This document shows, piece after piece, positions 37,751 to 46,204 of a stretch of DNA of 64,000 nt. The stretch's first letter is position 1; each line of letters opens with the position of its first letter. The DNA comes from Candidatus Multivoradales bacterium (lineage in GTDB: Bacteria > Acidobacteriota > Thermoanaerobaculia > Multivoradales > Multivoraceae): the NCBI GenBank assembly GCA_965223325.1, contig CBDCWI010000002.1, forward strand, positions 896,001 through 960,000. Reading direction: 5' to 3'. A program made the position numbers and the translations under genes. The notes below the pieces were generated by a model that was not told the DNA's origin, did not search any database, and saw only the letters and a list, made by a program, of their open reading frames with translations.

Positions 37751-39024
37751 GTGAGCTGGCGATTCTGGGCGGGTCGCCGGTCCGCACCGCGCCGTGGCCG
37801 CACTGGCCCGAACGCGGCGAACGCGAGGTGCAAGCGGTAGCTGCCGCGGTTGCGGACGGCGACTGGGGTGGCTTCCCGCTCCCGGGCCCCCACACCGAGC
37901 GCTTCACGAGTGCCTTCTGCAAGCGTTGTGACAGTCGCTTCGGACTGGCGGTCGCCAACGGATCGGTGTCACTCGAAATCGCGCTCATGGCGCTTGGCGT
38001 TCCGCCCGGCGCCGAAGTCATCGTGCCGGCCTACACGTTCGAAGCGACCGCCTCCGCCGTGCTCTTTGCCGGCTGCCGCCCCATCTTCGCCGACGTACTG
38101 GGAAGTAACGGTTGTCTCGACCCCGAGGCGCTCCAGAACGCGATCACCTCGAAGACCGAGGCGGTTGTTCCCGTCCACCTGGCGATGCAGATCGCAGACA
38201 TGGACAGGATCGGAGAGATCGCCCAGAAGCACGGCCTGGCCGTCCTCGAAGACTGCGCCCACGCCCACGGTGCGCGCTGGCGCGACAAGGGAGTGGGGTC
38301 ACTGGGCCATGCCGGATCGTTCAGTTTCCAGTCTTCGAAGCTGCTCACCGCTGGTGAGGGGGGCATCGTCACCACGGATGACGAGGGGGTCTACGACCGC
38401 TGCTACGCACTCGCCAACTGCGGCCGCACCCCGGGCGCCGAGCCGCTGGCCGAGCCCACACCCGGCCACAACTACCGCATGACCGAGATTCAAGCAGCGC
38501 TTCTCGGAGCGCAGTTGGAACGGCTCGACGAACAGTCTGGGCGAAGGCAGAAAAACGCCCAGCTTCTCGAAGAAGGCCTGCGTGAGGTCCCCGGTGTCAC
38601 CTTGATGCCCGATGACCCGCGCGTGACCGAGCGCGCCATCTACCAGTACGTCTTCCATTGGCAGCCCGAAGAAATGGAGCTGCCGCGCGACGTGCTGGTC
38701 GCCGCCTTGGCCGCCGAAGGTGTGCCCGCCGACGGCCGCTTCTACGAGGCAGTGCCCTACTCGCCCCTCTGGAGTGGCCAGCACCTGAGGCAACCGCAGC
38801 TGGCGTTTGACCAACCCCCGCGGGGCTCGTTTCCGGCCGCCGAGCGGCTGGCCTACGAGACCACCGTGTGGCTGCCCCACTGGCTCCTCCTGGGCGAGAG
38901 CGAAGACGTCGGGGACCTTCTCGCCGCGATCCACAAAGTCGTCGACCGTCGTTCGGAGCTCGCCGATCTCGACGCCTCGACGCTCGCTGGCCTCACCCAG
39001 GCCCGCGCCACCCGCCGCACCTGA
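37747..39024 (+). CDS. DegT/DnrJ/EryC1/StrS PLP-dependent aminotransferase
   Basis: EVIVPAYTF, EDCAHAHG, PLP-lysine motif SFSFQSSKLLTAGEGG and NYRMTEIQAA. Confidence 0.93.
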   Translation: MSELAILGGSPVRTAPWPHWPERGEREVQAVAAAVADGDWGGFPLPGPHTERFTSAFCKRCDSRFGLAVANGSVSLEIALMALGVPPGAEVIVPAYTFEATASAVLFAGCRPIFADVLGSNGCLDPEALQNAITSKTEAVVPVHLAMQIADMDRIGEIAQKHGLAVLEDCAHAHGARWRDKGVGSLGHAGSFSFQSSKLLTAGEGGIVTTDDEGVYDRCYALANCGRTPGAEPLAEPTPGHNYRMTEIQAALLGAQLERLDEQSGRRQKNAQLLEEGLREVPGVTLMPDDPRVTERAIYQYVFHWQPEEMELPRDVLVAALAAEGVPADGRFYEAVPYSPLWSGQHLRQPQLAFDQPPRGSFPAAERLAYETTVWLPHWLLLGESEDVGDLLAAIHKVVDRRSELADLDASTLAGLTQARATRRT

Positions 39025-39297
39025 ACGCAGGACCCGGGTCGCCACCCGGGCCCCCGCTCGGGGTCCCCGGGCCGACAGTGGGTGTCAGCTGGTTGGGCGG
39101 CGCCTGACGGTTTTCGGCAGTTCGGCCCAGCCCGCGGTGTGCGGAGGAGAGTCGGCTGGAGTTGGCTCGGGAATCGGCCCGACAGGCTTACCTTTGGTCC
39201 TACAAGGGGGAGTTTGTGCGCTTTACGGCGTCGGTCCAGGTCGCCTGGAGGCTGGAAGACGGTGATCTCTCCCAAGATTTACCAGATATCTTCAATT

Positions 39298-39313
39298 TGG
39301 TACTTAATTTGCA
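39298..39313 (+). promoter_or_regulatory. sigma54 (-24/-12) promoter
   Basis: TGGTAC-TTAAT-TTGCA matches TGGCAC-N5-TTGCW with one mismatch. It lies in an AT-rich patch about 45 nt before ATG 39357, which has an AGGAG RBS. Confidence 0.7.
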
Positions 39314-39356
39314 AATATGGCGTTTTGCGTATGTTTTGATGTTCCTAGGAGATCCG

Positions 39357-40025
39357 ATGTCCGGCCTGCGCACCCGCCTCAGCCCTCTTCGCCTCGCCCT
39401 GTTTGGAGTCGCACTTCTGGCTCTCAGCGTCACCGTTCTGCCGGCGATGACGGCAGCCAAGGATCGGATCGAGCTGCTGCAAGGTGCAGACCTGGTCTCG
39501 CGTCAGCTCATCGAGGCGCGCTACGAGGCACTCAACAGCGGTTTTCCGGTCATCGTGCGAATCGACACGCAACGCGGCGCCATGGAAGTCTTCTCCAATG
39601 TCGACGGGAGCCGGGACCTGCTTTTCCACCCCGACAACCCGGTCTCCCTCGAGCGCGATCAACTGCTCGCCCGCTACGAGCTGCCGGCCAACGCGACCTG
39701 GACCTATGGCGGCGTTGACCCCTCGAAATGGTATGAGCGCAGTGATCTCGGCAGCCTCGGAGACCCCCGTGACGACAGCTGGGCCGGCCACGTGGCTTCT
39801 GGTTTCAACCTCGACGGTGAGGGTCGGCGCGTAGCGGTCTTCGATCCGCTCGGCAAACTGCGCACCGAGGGATCGATTCGCCTGACCAGTGATGGCGTCA
39901 ACGTGCTCGAGATCCGAGTCTCACGCTACGGAGCGCTCGAGATCCACAAGCTCGAGGCCTTCGCGGAGTACCCGGCCCGCTTCGTCGCCGGCAACGACCC
40001 CTACCGCGCCTGGAACTGGCTCTAG
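39357..40025 (+). CDS. FimT/GspH-like pseudopilin lacking a canonical class III cleavage motif
   Basis: Hydrophobic N-terminal helix, then ADLVSRQLIEARYEA. Clear similarity to the next gene (AVFDPLG, GSIRL, NVLEI, terminal WxW). Confidence 0.75.
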   Translation: MSGLRTRLSPLRLALFGVALLALSVTVLPAMTAAKDRIELLQGADLVSRQLIEARYEALNSGFPVIVRIDTQRGAMEVFSNVDGSRDLLFHPDNPVSLERDQLLARYELPANATWTYGGVDPSKWYERSDLGSLGDPRDDSWAGHVASGFNLDGEGRRVAVFDPLGKLRTEGSIRLTSDGVNVLEIRVSRYGALEIHKLEAFAEYPARFVAGNDPYRAWNWL

Positions 40026-40141
40026 AAGCGCCGAGGTCCGGGCAAACTAGATATAGTTTTATATCAACTTTTTCTTGTATTTATAGTCGAATTCTGACAT
40101 CCTTCGGAGACCAGGCCCGACCTGGGTTCCTTTCCTCTTGA

Positions 40142-40864
40142 ATGTCTGTTGAGAACACACCGATGAAGAACCGCATCAAGAACCGGCACGAACAAGGTTT
40201 CAGTCTCATCGAGATGATCGTCGTCGGGGCAGTGCTCATCACCCTCGCGGTGCTCGCCTTCCCGTCGTTCAGCAAGATGAAAAAGAAGATCGATCTGGTC
40301 TCGTCTGCCGACGAAGTGCGCTTCGAGCTGGTGCGCGCACGCCAGGAAGCGATGAAGTCGTCGTTTGACGTGGTCGTTGAGCCGATTCCGAACAGCACCG
40401 AAATGGTCGCGTGGGTCAACGTCGACGACGACGCGGACTACGCCTACAACGCCAACAACGGCGATCGCGAGCTCTTCCGGTTCATCATCTCGAACGACCG
40501 CGGAGTCACCTTCAGTGGCCTGCCAGACCCTAACGGCACCGGCAACACTCCCCCGGCGATCATGGGCCAAGGTGGCAACGGTGGCAACGGTGGCAACGGC
40601 GGTACCGGCGGAAACAACACCGTCGATCCCTCGTCCGCGATCAGCGGCTTCGAGCTCGTCGGCGAAAAACGCCTCGCGGTTTTCGACAGCCTGGGTAGCG
40701 TCACCGAACCGGGTGCGATCCGACTCAACAACGGCAGCACCAATGTGCTCGAGGTTTTCGTCCAGCGCACCGGCAACACCACGATTCGTAAGTACAACCC
40801 CACCCTCAATGCCTTCGTAAAAGACGGCACAAACGCCAGCGGCCGCAGCCTCTGGGAATGGTAG
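40142..40864 (+). CDS. FimT/GspH-like prepilin
   Basis: G|FSLIEMIVVGAVLITLAVLAFP and ADEVRFELVRARQEA motifs, with a GGN repeat insert. Confidence 0.88.
   Translation: MSVENTPMKNRIKNRHEQGFSLIEMIVVGAVLITLAVLAFPSFSKMKKKIDLVSSADEVRFELVRARQEAMKSSFDVVVEPIPNSTEMVAWVNVDDDADYAYNANNGDRELFRFIISNDRGVTFSGLPDPNGTGNTPPAIMGQGGNGGNGGNGGTGGNNTVDPSSAISGFELVGEKRLAVFDSLGSVTEPGAIRLNNGSTNVLEVFVQRTGNTTIRKYNPTLNAFVKDGTNASGRSLWEW
40571..40597 (+). repeat. in-frame 9-bp tandem repeat (GGTGGCAAC x3)
   Basis: Read directly. Encodes GGNGGNGGN. Confidence 0.85.
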
Positions 40865-40874
40865 ACCCCTTCGC

Positions 40875-41486
40875 ATGATTTCCTTCTCCTTGCCCACCAA
40901 CGAAGATCAGCACAGCGGTTCACATGGCCAGGCCGGCATCACCCTGGTCGAGATCCTGGTCTCGATTGCGGTGCTCGGCATTCTCGCTGCGATCGGGATC
41001 CCCAGGTATCACTGCCACGTCAAGAATGCCCGGTACACCGCGGCGATTCAGGACTTGAGCGGCGCGCGCGACGTCGTCGAACTGTACGAAGTCGAATACG
41101 GTCGCTTCCCCGACCATCTCGAGGATGCCTACAAGCCCGGAATGGTCTTTCCTACCACCCTGCACTACTGCTCGTCGACCGCTCCCTCGGATAATGACCA
41201 CGGGCACGGTAACGAAGACTGCAGCTTCGCCGACGTCGACAACACCGGTGCCTCGGGAGCCAAGAATCCCAACCTCATCGACCCGGCGATCGGCTACCTT
41301 CTCCGCACCACCGCCGACAGCGCACCCTGCGGAAAAGAGGCTCAGGTCGCATGGACCCATTGCTGCGGCAAAGATCCAGTGGTGGCCGAGAACGGCGACT
41401 ATCCAGGCGCCAAGGGAGGCGTCGGTGGCGGTGGCGGTGACGACGGTGACGGCGGCGGCGGCGGCGGCAAGGGCGGCAAGGGCTAG
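40875..41486 (+). CDS. type IV pilin / GspG-like prepilin, Cys-rich with Gly-rich tail
   Basis: G|ITLVEILVSIAVLGILAAIGIP and YGRFPDHLED motifs, six Cys residues and a poly-Gly C-terminus. Confidence 0.85.
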   Translation: MISFSLPTNEDQHSGSHGQAGITLVEILVSIAVLGILAAIGIPRYHCHVKNARYTAAIQDLSGARDVVELYEVEYGRFPDHLEDAYKPGMVFPTTLHYCSSTAPSDNDHGHGNEDCSFADVDNTGASGAKNPNLIDPAIGYLLRTTADSAPCGKEAQVAWTHCCGKDPVVAENGDYPGAKGGVGGGGGDDGDGGGGGGKGGKG

Positions 41487-41537
41487 ACTCGCTGCACTGC
41501 CTCCTACGTCTCTGTGGGTTCAGTCTCGTATGCGCGT

Positions 41538-42923
41538 CTATTCGTCCGCCAGGCCGAGCGGCTCGAGCACCCGCGTGTCGATCCAGAAGGCGTCCCACCA
41601 CTGAACGGGATCGGCCGGAATCCCCCAGACCAGAACACTGAAGTGCAGGTGATCGCCACCAGCAAGACCGGTCTGTCCTGAGCGTCCGACGACATCGCCC
41701 TTCTCGACGGCGTCACCTTCTGCGACCTCGAACGACGACAGATGGGCGTACAACGTCTGCAGGCCGTAGCCATGGTCGACGACGACGAGTCGGCCGTAGA
41801 TGCCCAGGTAGCGCGCAAACACCACCACACCGCTGTTCGCGGCCACGATCGCATCGCGGCGACGGGACGCCAGGTCGTAGCCGAGATGCGTCTGGCGATC
41901 GACCAGCCGCCCCTCGTACATGTAGCGCCGCCGGGAGGCGAAGGCATCGGTCACCTGGCTGTTTGGCTGCTGACGGAAAGCGCCCCGCCACAGAATCTCG
42001 GGGCGCGACCCGAGAGCGAGCTCGATCAGCGTCTGGTCGTTCTGAGCCCGCAGCGCGCCGTTGATCTTCAAGTAGCTGTCGAGCAGTGTCGCTTCTTCAC
42101 TCATCGACGACTCCGCGAGGATCGCCGGCACGACACGCTCCATGAAGCCGTCCGAGAGGCCGATGGTCGACTCGCGCGGCGGCTGGTTCTTCCAGTCGCG
42201 TACGAAGCGCCGCGACGCGCGGTTGCCGAGGTCGTCGTAGGCGGTGAGTTCGAAGGCACCCGCATCGGCGACGTCCCAGGGCGCAGCAAAGAAGGCCACC
42301 CGCGAACCGTCGCCAGCCGGATGATCACGCCCGGGAAAACGGCGCGCACCGACCTCGACGCCGTCCCAGCTTGCCGGCCGCTCCAACCGATAGACGACCA
42401 CCCCGGCACCGCCCTGGCGGAGGTTCGGGCTCTCCGCCAGGACCGACAGAGACGGCGGCTTGAGCCGGACCTCGGTGAGCTCCTCGACGACGACCGGCGG
42501 CGGCGAACGCAACCAGGTGCCCGCGCGCTCGAGAACCAGACGCACGGTGGCCGGCCCCTCCTGGAGATCGGGTTGAAGAAGAGACCCGGCCTCGCCAACC
42601 AGGGTCGCCTCGCTGACGCGATCTCCCCAGAAGGCCCAGAACCGCCGGGGCGCGTAGTCCTCTTCGGCGAGCACCGTGGTTTCGCCCCCCTGTTCGAGCT
42701 CGAGTCGCGCACCGGCCAGCCCGCGGCCCGACTCGAAAGCCCGGCCCTCGACCGGCGTGTTCGGGCCGATGCCCGGCAGCTTCAACTCGAGTTCACCGAT
42801 GGGAGAACCGACCCGAAAGAAGTTGAGCCCGGCGAGCAGCAGGAGGAGTGCCAGCAACACCCAGCGCCAGCGCCGCCGACCGGACGTACGACGCTCGCCA
42901 ATGTAGTAGGTCCGGTCTTTCAC
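41538..42923 (-). CDS. M23 family metallopeptidase
   Basis: HLGYDLA, VVVDHGYGLQTLYAHLS and GQTGLAGGDHLHF motifs with an N-terminal TM anchor. Confidence 0.93.
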   Translation of the reverse strand: MKDRTYYIGERRTSGRRRWRWVLLALLLLLAGLNFFRVGSPIGELELKLPGIGPNTPVEGRAFESGRGLAGARLELEQGGETTVLAEEDYAPRRFWAFWGDRVSEATLVGEAGSLLQPDLQEGPATVRLVLERAGTWLRSPPPVVVEELTEVRLKPPSLSVLAESPNLRQGGAGVVVYRLERPASWDGVEVGARRFPGRDHPAGDGSRVAFFAAPWDVADAGAFELTAYDDLGNRASRRFVRDWKNQPPRESTIGLSDGFMERVVPAILAESSMSEEATLLDSYLKINGALRAQNDQTLIELALGSRPEILWRGAFRQQPNSQVTDAFASRRRYMYEGRLVDRQTHLGYDLASRRRDAIVAANSGVVVFARYLGIYGRLVVVDHGYGLQTLYAHLSSFEVAEGDAVEKGDVVGRSGQTGLAGGDHLHFSVLVWGIPADPVQWWDAFWIDTRVLEPLGLADE

Positions 42924-42962
42924 AGAGTCGGGCTCCTTCTCGAAAGTTCCGCCAGGAAGATG

Positions 42963-44255
42963 TCACCGACTGGCGACCACCCGGGTCTGGAGAACCGGCG
43001 GTGCCTGGCGACTGTCGAGCCAGATCGCCACCAGCGAGCCGTCAGGCAGTGCCATCAGGTCAGGGAAACCGGCTGCCCGCGACGCCTCGGTTTCGCCAAG
43101 CTCGACCATCTCGAGCTCTCCATCGGCCGCGAGTTCCGCTAGCCGTACAGGAGCACGCTTGCCGTCGCGCCCGAACCAGAGGGCATAGGCCCGGTCGCCC
43201 GAGTACGCAACGTCGACTCGACCGAGGGGGCCTTGCGCATCGAGCACCACGGGGCGACCGAACGTCGCGCCGCCGTCTTTCGAGCTCGCATACAAGACAC
43301 GCGCATCATTGCGGGCGGCGGTGAACCAGGCAACATGCACAGAAGAGTCGGCGGCGGCGATTGCCGGACCGTTGACTGGACAGCCAGCGATCTGCCACTC
43401 GTCGCGCGCCACCACCGCTTTGCTCCAGCCATTGCCGGTCCGACGAATGATCGAGATGTCGCGGACCTCTTCGTGCGTGCGATCGCGGTAGACCACCATC
43501 GGACCATTCCGACCAGCGGCGGCGTCGGTTGCACAGCACTCACACACCCGGTCGTCGAGCAGCTCCCCGTCACGTACTCCTTCTGCATCGATGCGCGCCG
43601 TGCGCAGGGTCATCGCACCCCCACTCGGCATCTCGCGACCATCGAGCCAGAAGGCGCGAACACTCCCGGCGTCGCTCACAAAGGACACGAAGCCGTGCTC
43701 CGCCGGCACCCGGTCGTCGTGAAGCAGGCCGCGACGCTCAAACTGCTCGCTGGGCGCGAAGCTCCCGGCACGCAAAAGCTCGATCCCATAGTCGTAGGTA
43801 CCCTCCCCCACCCGGCGCAGGCGGTGCACCCAAACGCTCCCATCAGGAGCCACGATGCCGCGCGAACGATCGGCCCAGTTGGGCCAGAAGTCGAAACCAG
43901 AGTCGAGCTCTCGCAGCGACCCCCATGACAGTTCACCTTGGCGCTTCTCGAGGGGCGCAAGCAGAAGCGTTACGGTCTGCCCTTCGTCCTGGGAGTCGCG
44001 ATTCTGCGCGTCGCGCGCCAGGAAGAGGAGAGCCGCGGTGTCTCTCCAGGGCAAGAGCGTCGGGCCTACCATCTCGAGACCTTCGGCGAGGACCGGTGGT
44101 GCGACCTCGCGCGGTTGGTCACTGACGGCGGCCGCCGTCGAACAGAGCCCGACCAGGATGAGTGAACAGGCGACATTGCGCCTGACGACGCTTGAAATGG
44201 ACCACAAAACGAAATGCCTCGCTCTCAGGTAACAGGGAACGACAGGTCCCGTCAT
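42963..44255 (-). CDS. BNR-repeat (sialidase-fold) secreted protein
   Basis: EHGFVS, FWLDGR, VCECCAT, YRDR..EVRDI, WQIAGCPVNGP and Asp-box SKDGGATF. Start uncertain. Confidence 0.8.
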   Translation of the reverse strand: MTGPVVPCYLRARHFVLWSISSVVRRNVACSLILVGLCSTAAAVSDQPREVAPPVLAEGLEMVGPTLLPWRDTAALLFLARDAQNRDSQDEGQTVTLLLAPLEKRQGELSWGSLRELDSGFDFWPNWADRSRGIVAPDGSVWVHRLRRVGEGTYDYGIELLRAGSFAPSEQFERRGLLHDDRVPAEHGFVSFVSDAGSVRAFWLDGREMPSGGAMTLRTARIDAEGVRDGELLDDRVCECCATDAAAGRNGPMVVYRDRTHEEVRDISIIRRTGNGWSKAVVARDEWQIAGCPVNGPAIAAADSSVHVAWFTAARNDARVLYASSKDGGATFGRPVVLDAQGPLGRVDVAYSGDRAYALWFGRDGKRAPVRLAELAADGELEMVELGETEASRAAGFPDLMALPDGSLVAIWLDSRQAPPVLQTRVVASR

Positions 44256-44311
44256 GTTAGCGTGCGCGCTCGTTCCAGGAGTCCCTACCCGCCGTTGAAA
44301 GGATAGAAGCC

Positions 44312-45229
44312 ATGGCCGTTGGAATGTTGCAGGACAAGGTGGCCCTCGTCACTGGTGCGGGTCGAGGCATTGGTGCCGAGATCGCCAAACTCCTTGCCAG
44401 GGAAGGCGCCGCCGTGGTGGTCAACGACCTGGGAGGTTCAGAAGGGGGAGAGGGCGCCGACCAGACCCCCGCCAATGAGGTCGTCGCTCTGATCCGAGAG
44501 GCCGGCGGCCAGGCCGCACCGCACTTCGGCAGCGTCTCCGACTGGGACGCAGCACACGACATGGTCGACACAGCCGTCCGGGAGTTCGGCCAACTCGACG
44601 TGGTCATCAACAACGCCGGCATCCTGCGTGATGTGATCTTTCACAAGATGGGCGAAGACGACTGGGACGCGGTCATCAACGTCCATCTGAAGGGCTGCTT
44701 CAATGTCGCCCGCGCCGCCGCCCCCCTGTTCCGCAAACAGATCGGGGGTGCGATGGTGCACATGACCTCGACCTCAGGGCTGATTGGCAACTTCGGGCAG
44801 GCCAACTACGCCGCAGCCAAACTCGGCATCGTAGGGCTTTCCAAGTCGATCGCCCTCGACATGCAACGTTTCGAGGTGCGATCGAACTGCATCGCACCGT
44901 TCGCCTGGAGTCGTTTGATCGGCACGATCCCAACCAAGGATCCCGCCGCGGCCGCCCGGGTCGAGAAGTTCAAAGAGATCACCCCGGACTACATTGCTCC
45001 ACTCGCCGTGTTCCTGGCCAGCGATCGAGCAAAGAGTGTCAGTGGCCAGATCTTCGCGGTACGCAAGAACGAGATCTTTCTGATGAGTCAGTCACGTCCC
45101 ATCCGTTCGGTTCATCGCGCAGAGGGCTGGACTCCGGCAGCCGTTGCCGAGCACATGCTCGGTGCCTTCGAACCGTCCTTCTTCGGCCTTGACCGCACAA
45201 CGGATGTGATCCCCTGGGACCCGATCTGA
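44312..45229 (+). CDS. SDR family oxidoreductase
   Basis: TGAGRGIG, VVVNDLGG, NNAGILRD and GNFGQANYAAAK motifs. Confidence 0.94.
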   Translation: MAVGMLQDKVALVTGAGRGIGAEIAKLLAREGAAVVVNDLGGSEGGEGADQTPANEVVALIREAGGQAAPHFGSVSDWDAAHDMVDTAVREFGQLDVVINNAGILRDVIFHKMGEDDWDAVINVHLKGCFNVARAAAPLFRKQIGGAMVHMTSTSGLIGNFGQANYAAAKLGIVGLSKSIALDMQRFEVRSNCIAPFAWSRLIGTIPTKDPAAAARVEKFKEITPDYIAPLAVFLASDRAKSVSGQIFAVRKNEIFLMSQSRPIRSVHRAEGWTPAAVAEHMLGAFEPSFFGLDRTTDVIPWDPI

Positions 45230-45924
45230 TGGGTCAACGGGCTCTAGTCCTCGGGCTCTCCGTCATTGTCGGGGTCGGCAGCCTGGCGTGCAGCGGGAGC
45301 AACGAGTCGCGCGCACAGGAACCTCAACTCGCCAGCCAGGCCAGCCCCGCAGCTCAAGAACCCGCGACCGAAGAGCCCGAAAGCACAGAGGCCAACGCCA
45401 ACCAGCTGGTCCATTCCGAGCTCGGGTTCTCGATCACCAAACCGGAAGGCTGGTGGTTCCACCTCCCGCAGGCAGTGCGCGAGGGCCTCGACAAACCGCG
45501 GGCCGAGAAGGTCGAGCTCGAACGCTCGCTGCCGACGCGTTCCCAGGGTCCTCTCCTTTTCGTCAGCCCCAATGAAGATCCACGTGCACCAGTGCCGCGC
45601 GTCCGGGTGCGGCTGCATGGCCTGATGGTCGACCGGGGCGGGCCGACCGCAGCCGCGGAGATGCTTCTCGGCGGCGGAGGCGCCTTCCCGTCGTACGAAC
45701 TGCTCCAGCCACTCGGTACCCTCGAAGTCGGCGGACAGCCAGCCGCCGCCACGGTCTACTCATTCGAGCCCGAACCCGGCCAACCCCGCCAGCTCGAACA
45801 GGCGATCTTCCTGGTCCGCGACGGCGTGGTCTTCGAGGTCACCCTGCAACGGCCCCTCGAGCACGACGGCTCGCTCGATGACCAGCTCAACGAGGTCGCG
45901 CGCTCCTTCACCCTCCTCCCCTGA
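45229..45924 (+). CDS. hypothetical lipoprotein
   Basis: Lipobox GSLAC, a low-complexity linker, then LGFSITKPEGW, which suggests a PsbP/Mog1-like fold. Confidence 0.7.
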   Translation: MGQRALVLGLSVIVGVGSLACSGSNESRAQEPQLASQASPAAQEPATEEPESTEANANQLVHSELGFSITKPEGWWFHLPQAVREGLDKPRAEKVELERSLPTRSQGPLLFVSPNEDPRAPVPRVRVRLHGLMVDRGGPTAAAEMLLGGGGAFPSYELLQPLGTLEVGGQPAAATVYSFEPEPGQPRQLEQAIFLVRDGVVFEVTLQRPLEHDGSLDDQLNEVARSFTLLP

Positions 45925-45982
45925 CCCTTCGCCGGGGCCAAAGGCGCAACACCCGAGAAATCCCAGAACCATCCCCGGCAAT

Positions 45983-46048
45983 TGCCCGGGAGATGCCCGG
46001 GAGATGCCCGGGAGATGCCCGGGAGATGCCCGGGAGATGCCCGGGAGA
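45983..46048. repeat. 11-bp tandem repeat TGCCCGGGAGA x6
   Basis: Six perfect units read directly, followed by a degenerate seventh (TGCTGGGTGAT). Confidence 0.95.
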
Positions 46049-46055
46049 TGCTGGG

Positions 46056-46064
46056 TGATATACT
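46056..46064 (+). promoter_or_regulatory. extended -10 element (TGnTATACT)
   Basis: TGATATACT directly follows the repeat, lies in an AT-rich tract and is about 140 nt before ATG 46205. Confidence 0.55.
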
Positions 46065-46204
46065 AGTTTTTCTCGTTTTACGGTTCTTCTGGACCGTCGA
46101 CTCCTTCTCAGTCGGTTGCTGAACACCCCTCCGCTGTCCTTTCCGACCTCGGGGAGCGCCCCTGCCCACCAGCCTTCTCCACTGCCACGCTCAGGTCCTC
46201 CTCA

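Noticed and set aside
37747-39024. AHBA or aminoglycoside antibiotic biosynthetic cluster
   Set aside because: No cyclase, PKS, kinase or glycosyltransferase partners are adjacent, and a single aminotransferase is insufficient evidence.
39357-41486. Complete type II secretion or type IV pilus system
   Set aside because: Only pilin-like subunits are present, with no ATPase, secretin, platform protein or peptidase in the window.
45983-46080. Plasmid or phage iteron origin
   Set aside because: No rep, par or integrase gene is nearby, the AT tract is short and the flanks are chromosomal genes. Kept only as a promoter VNTR.
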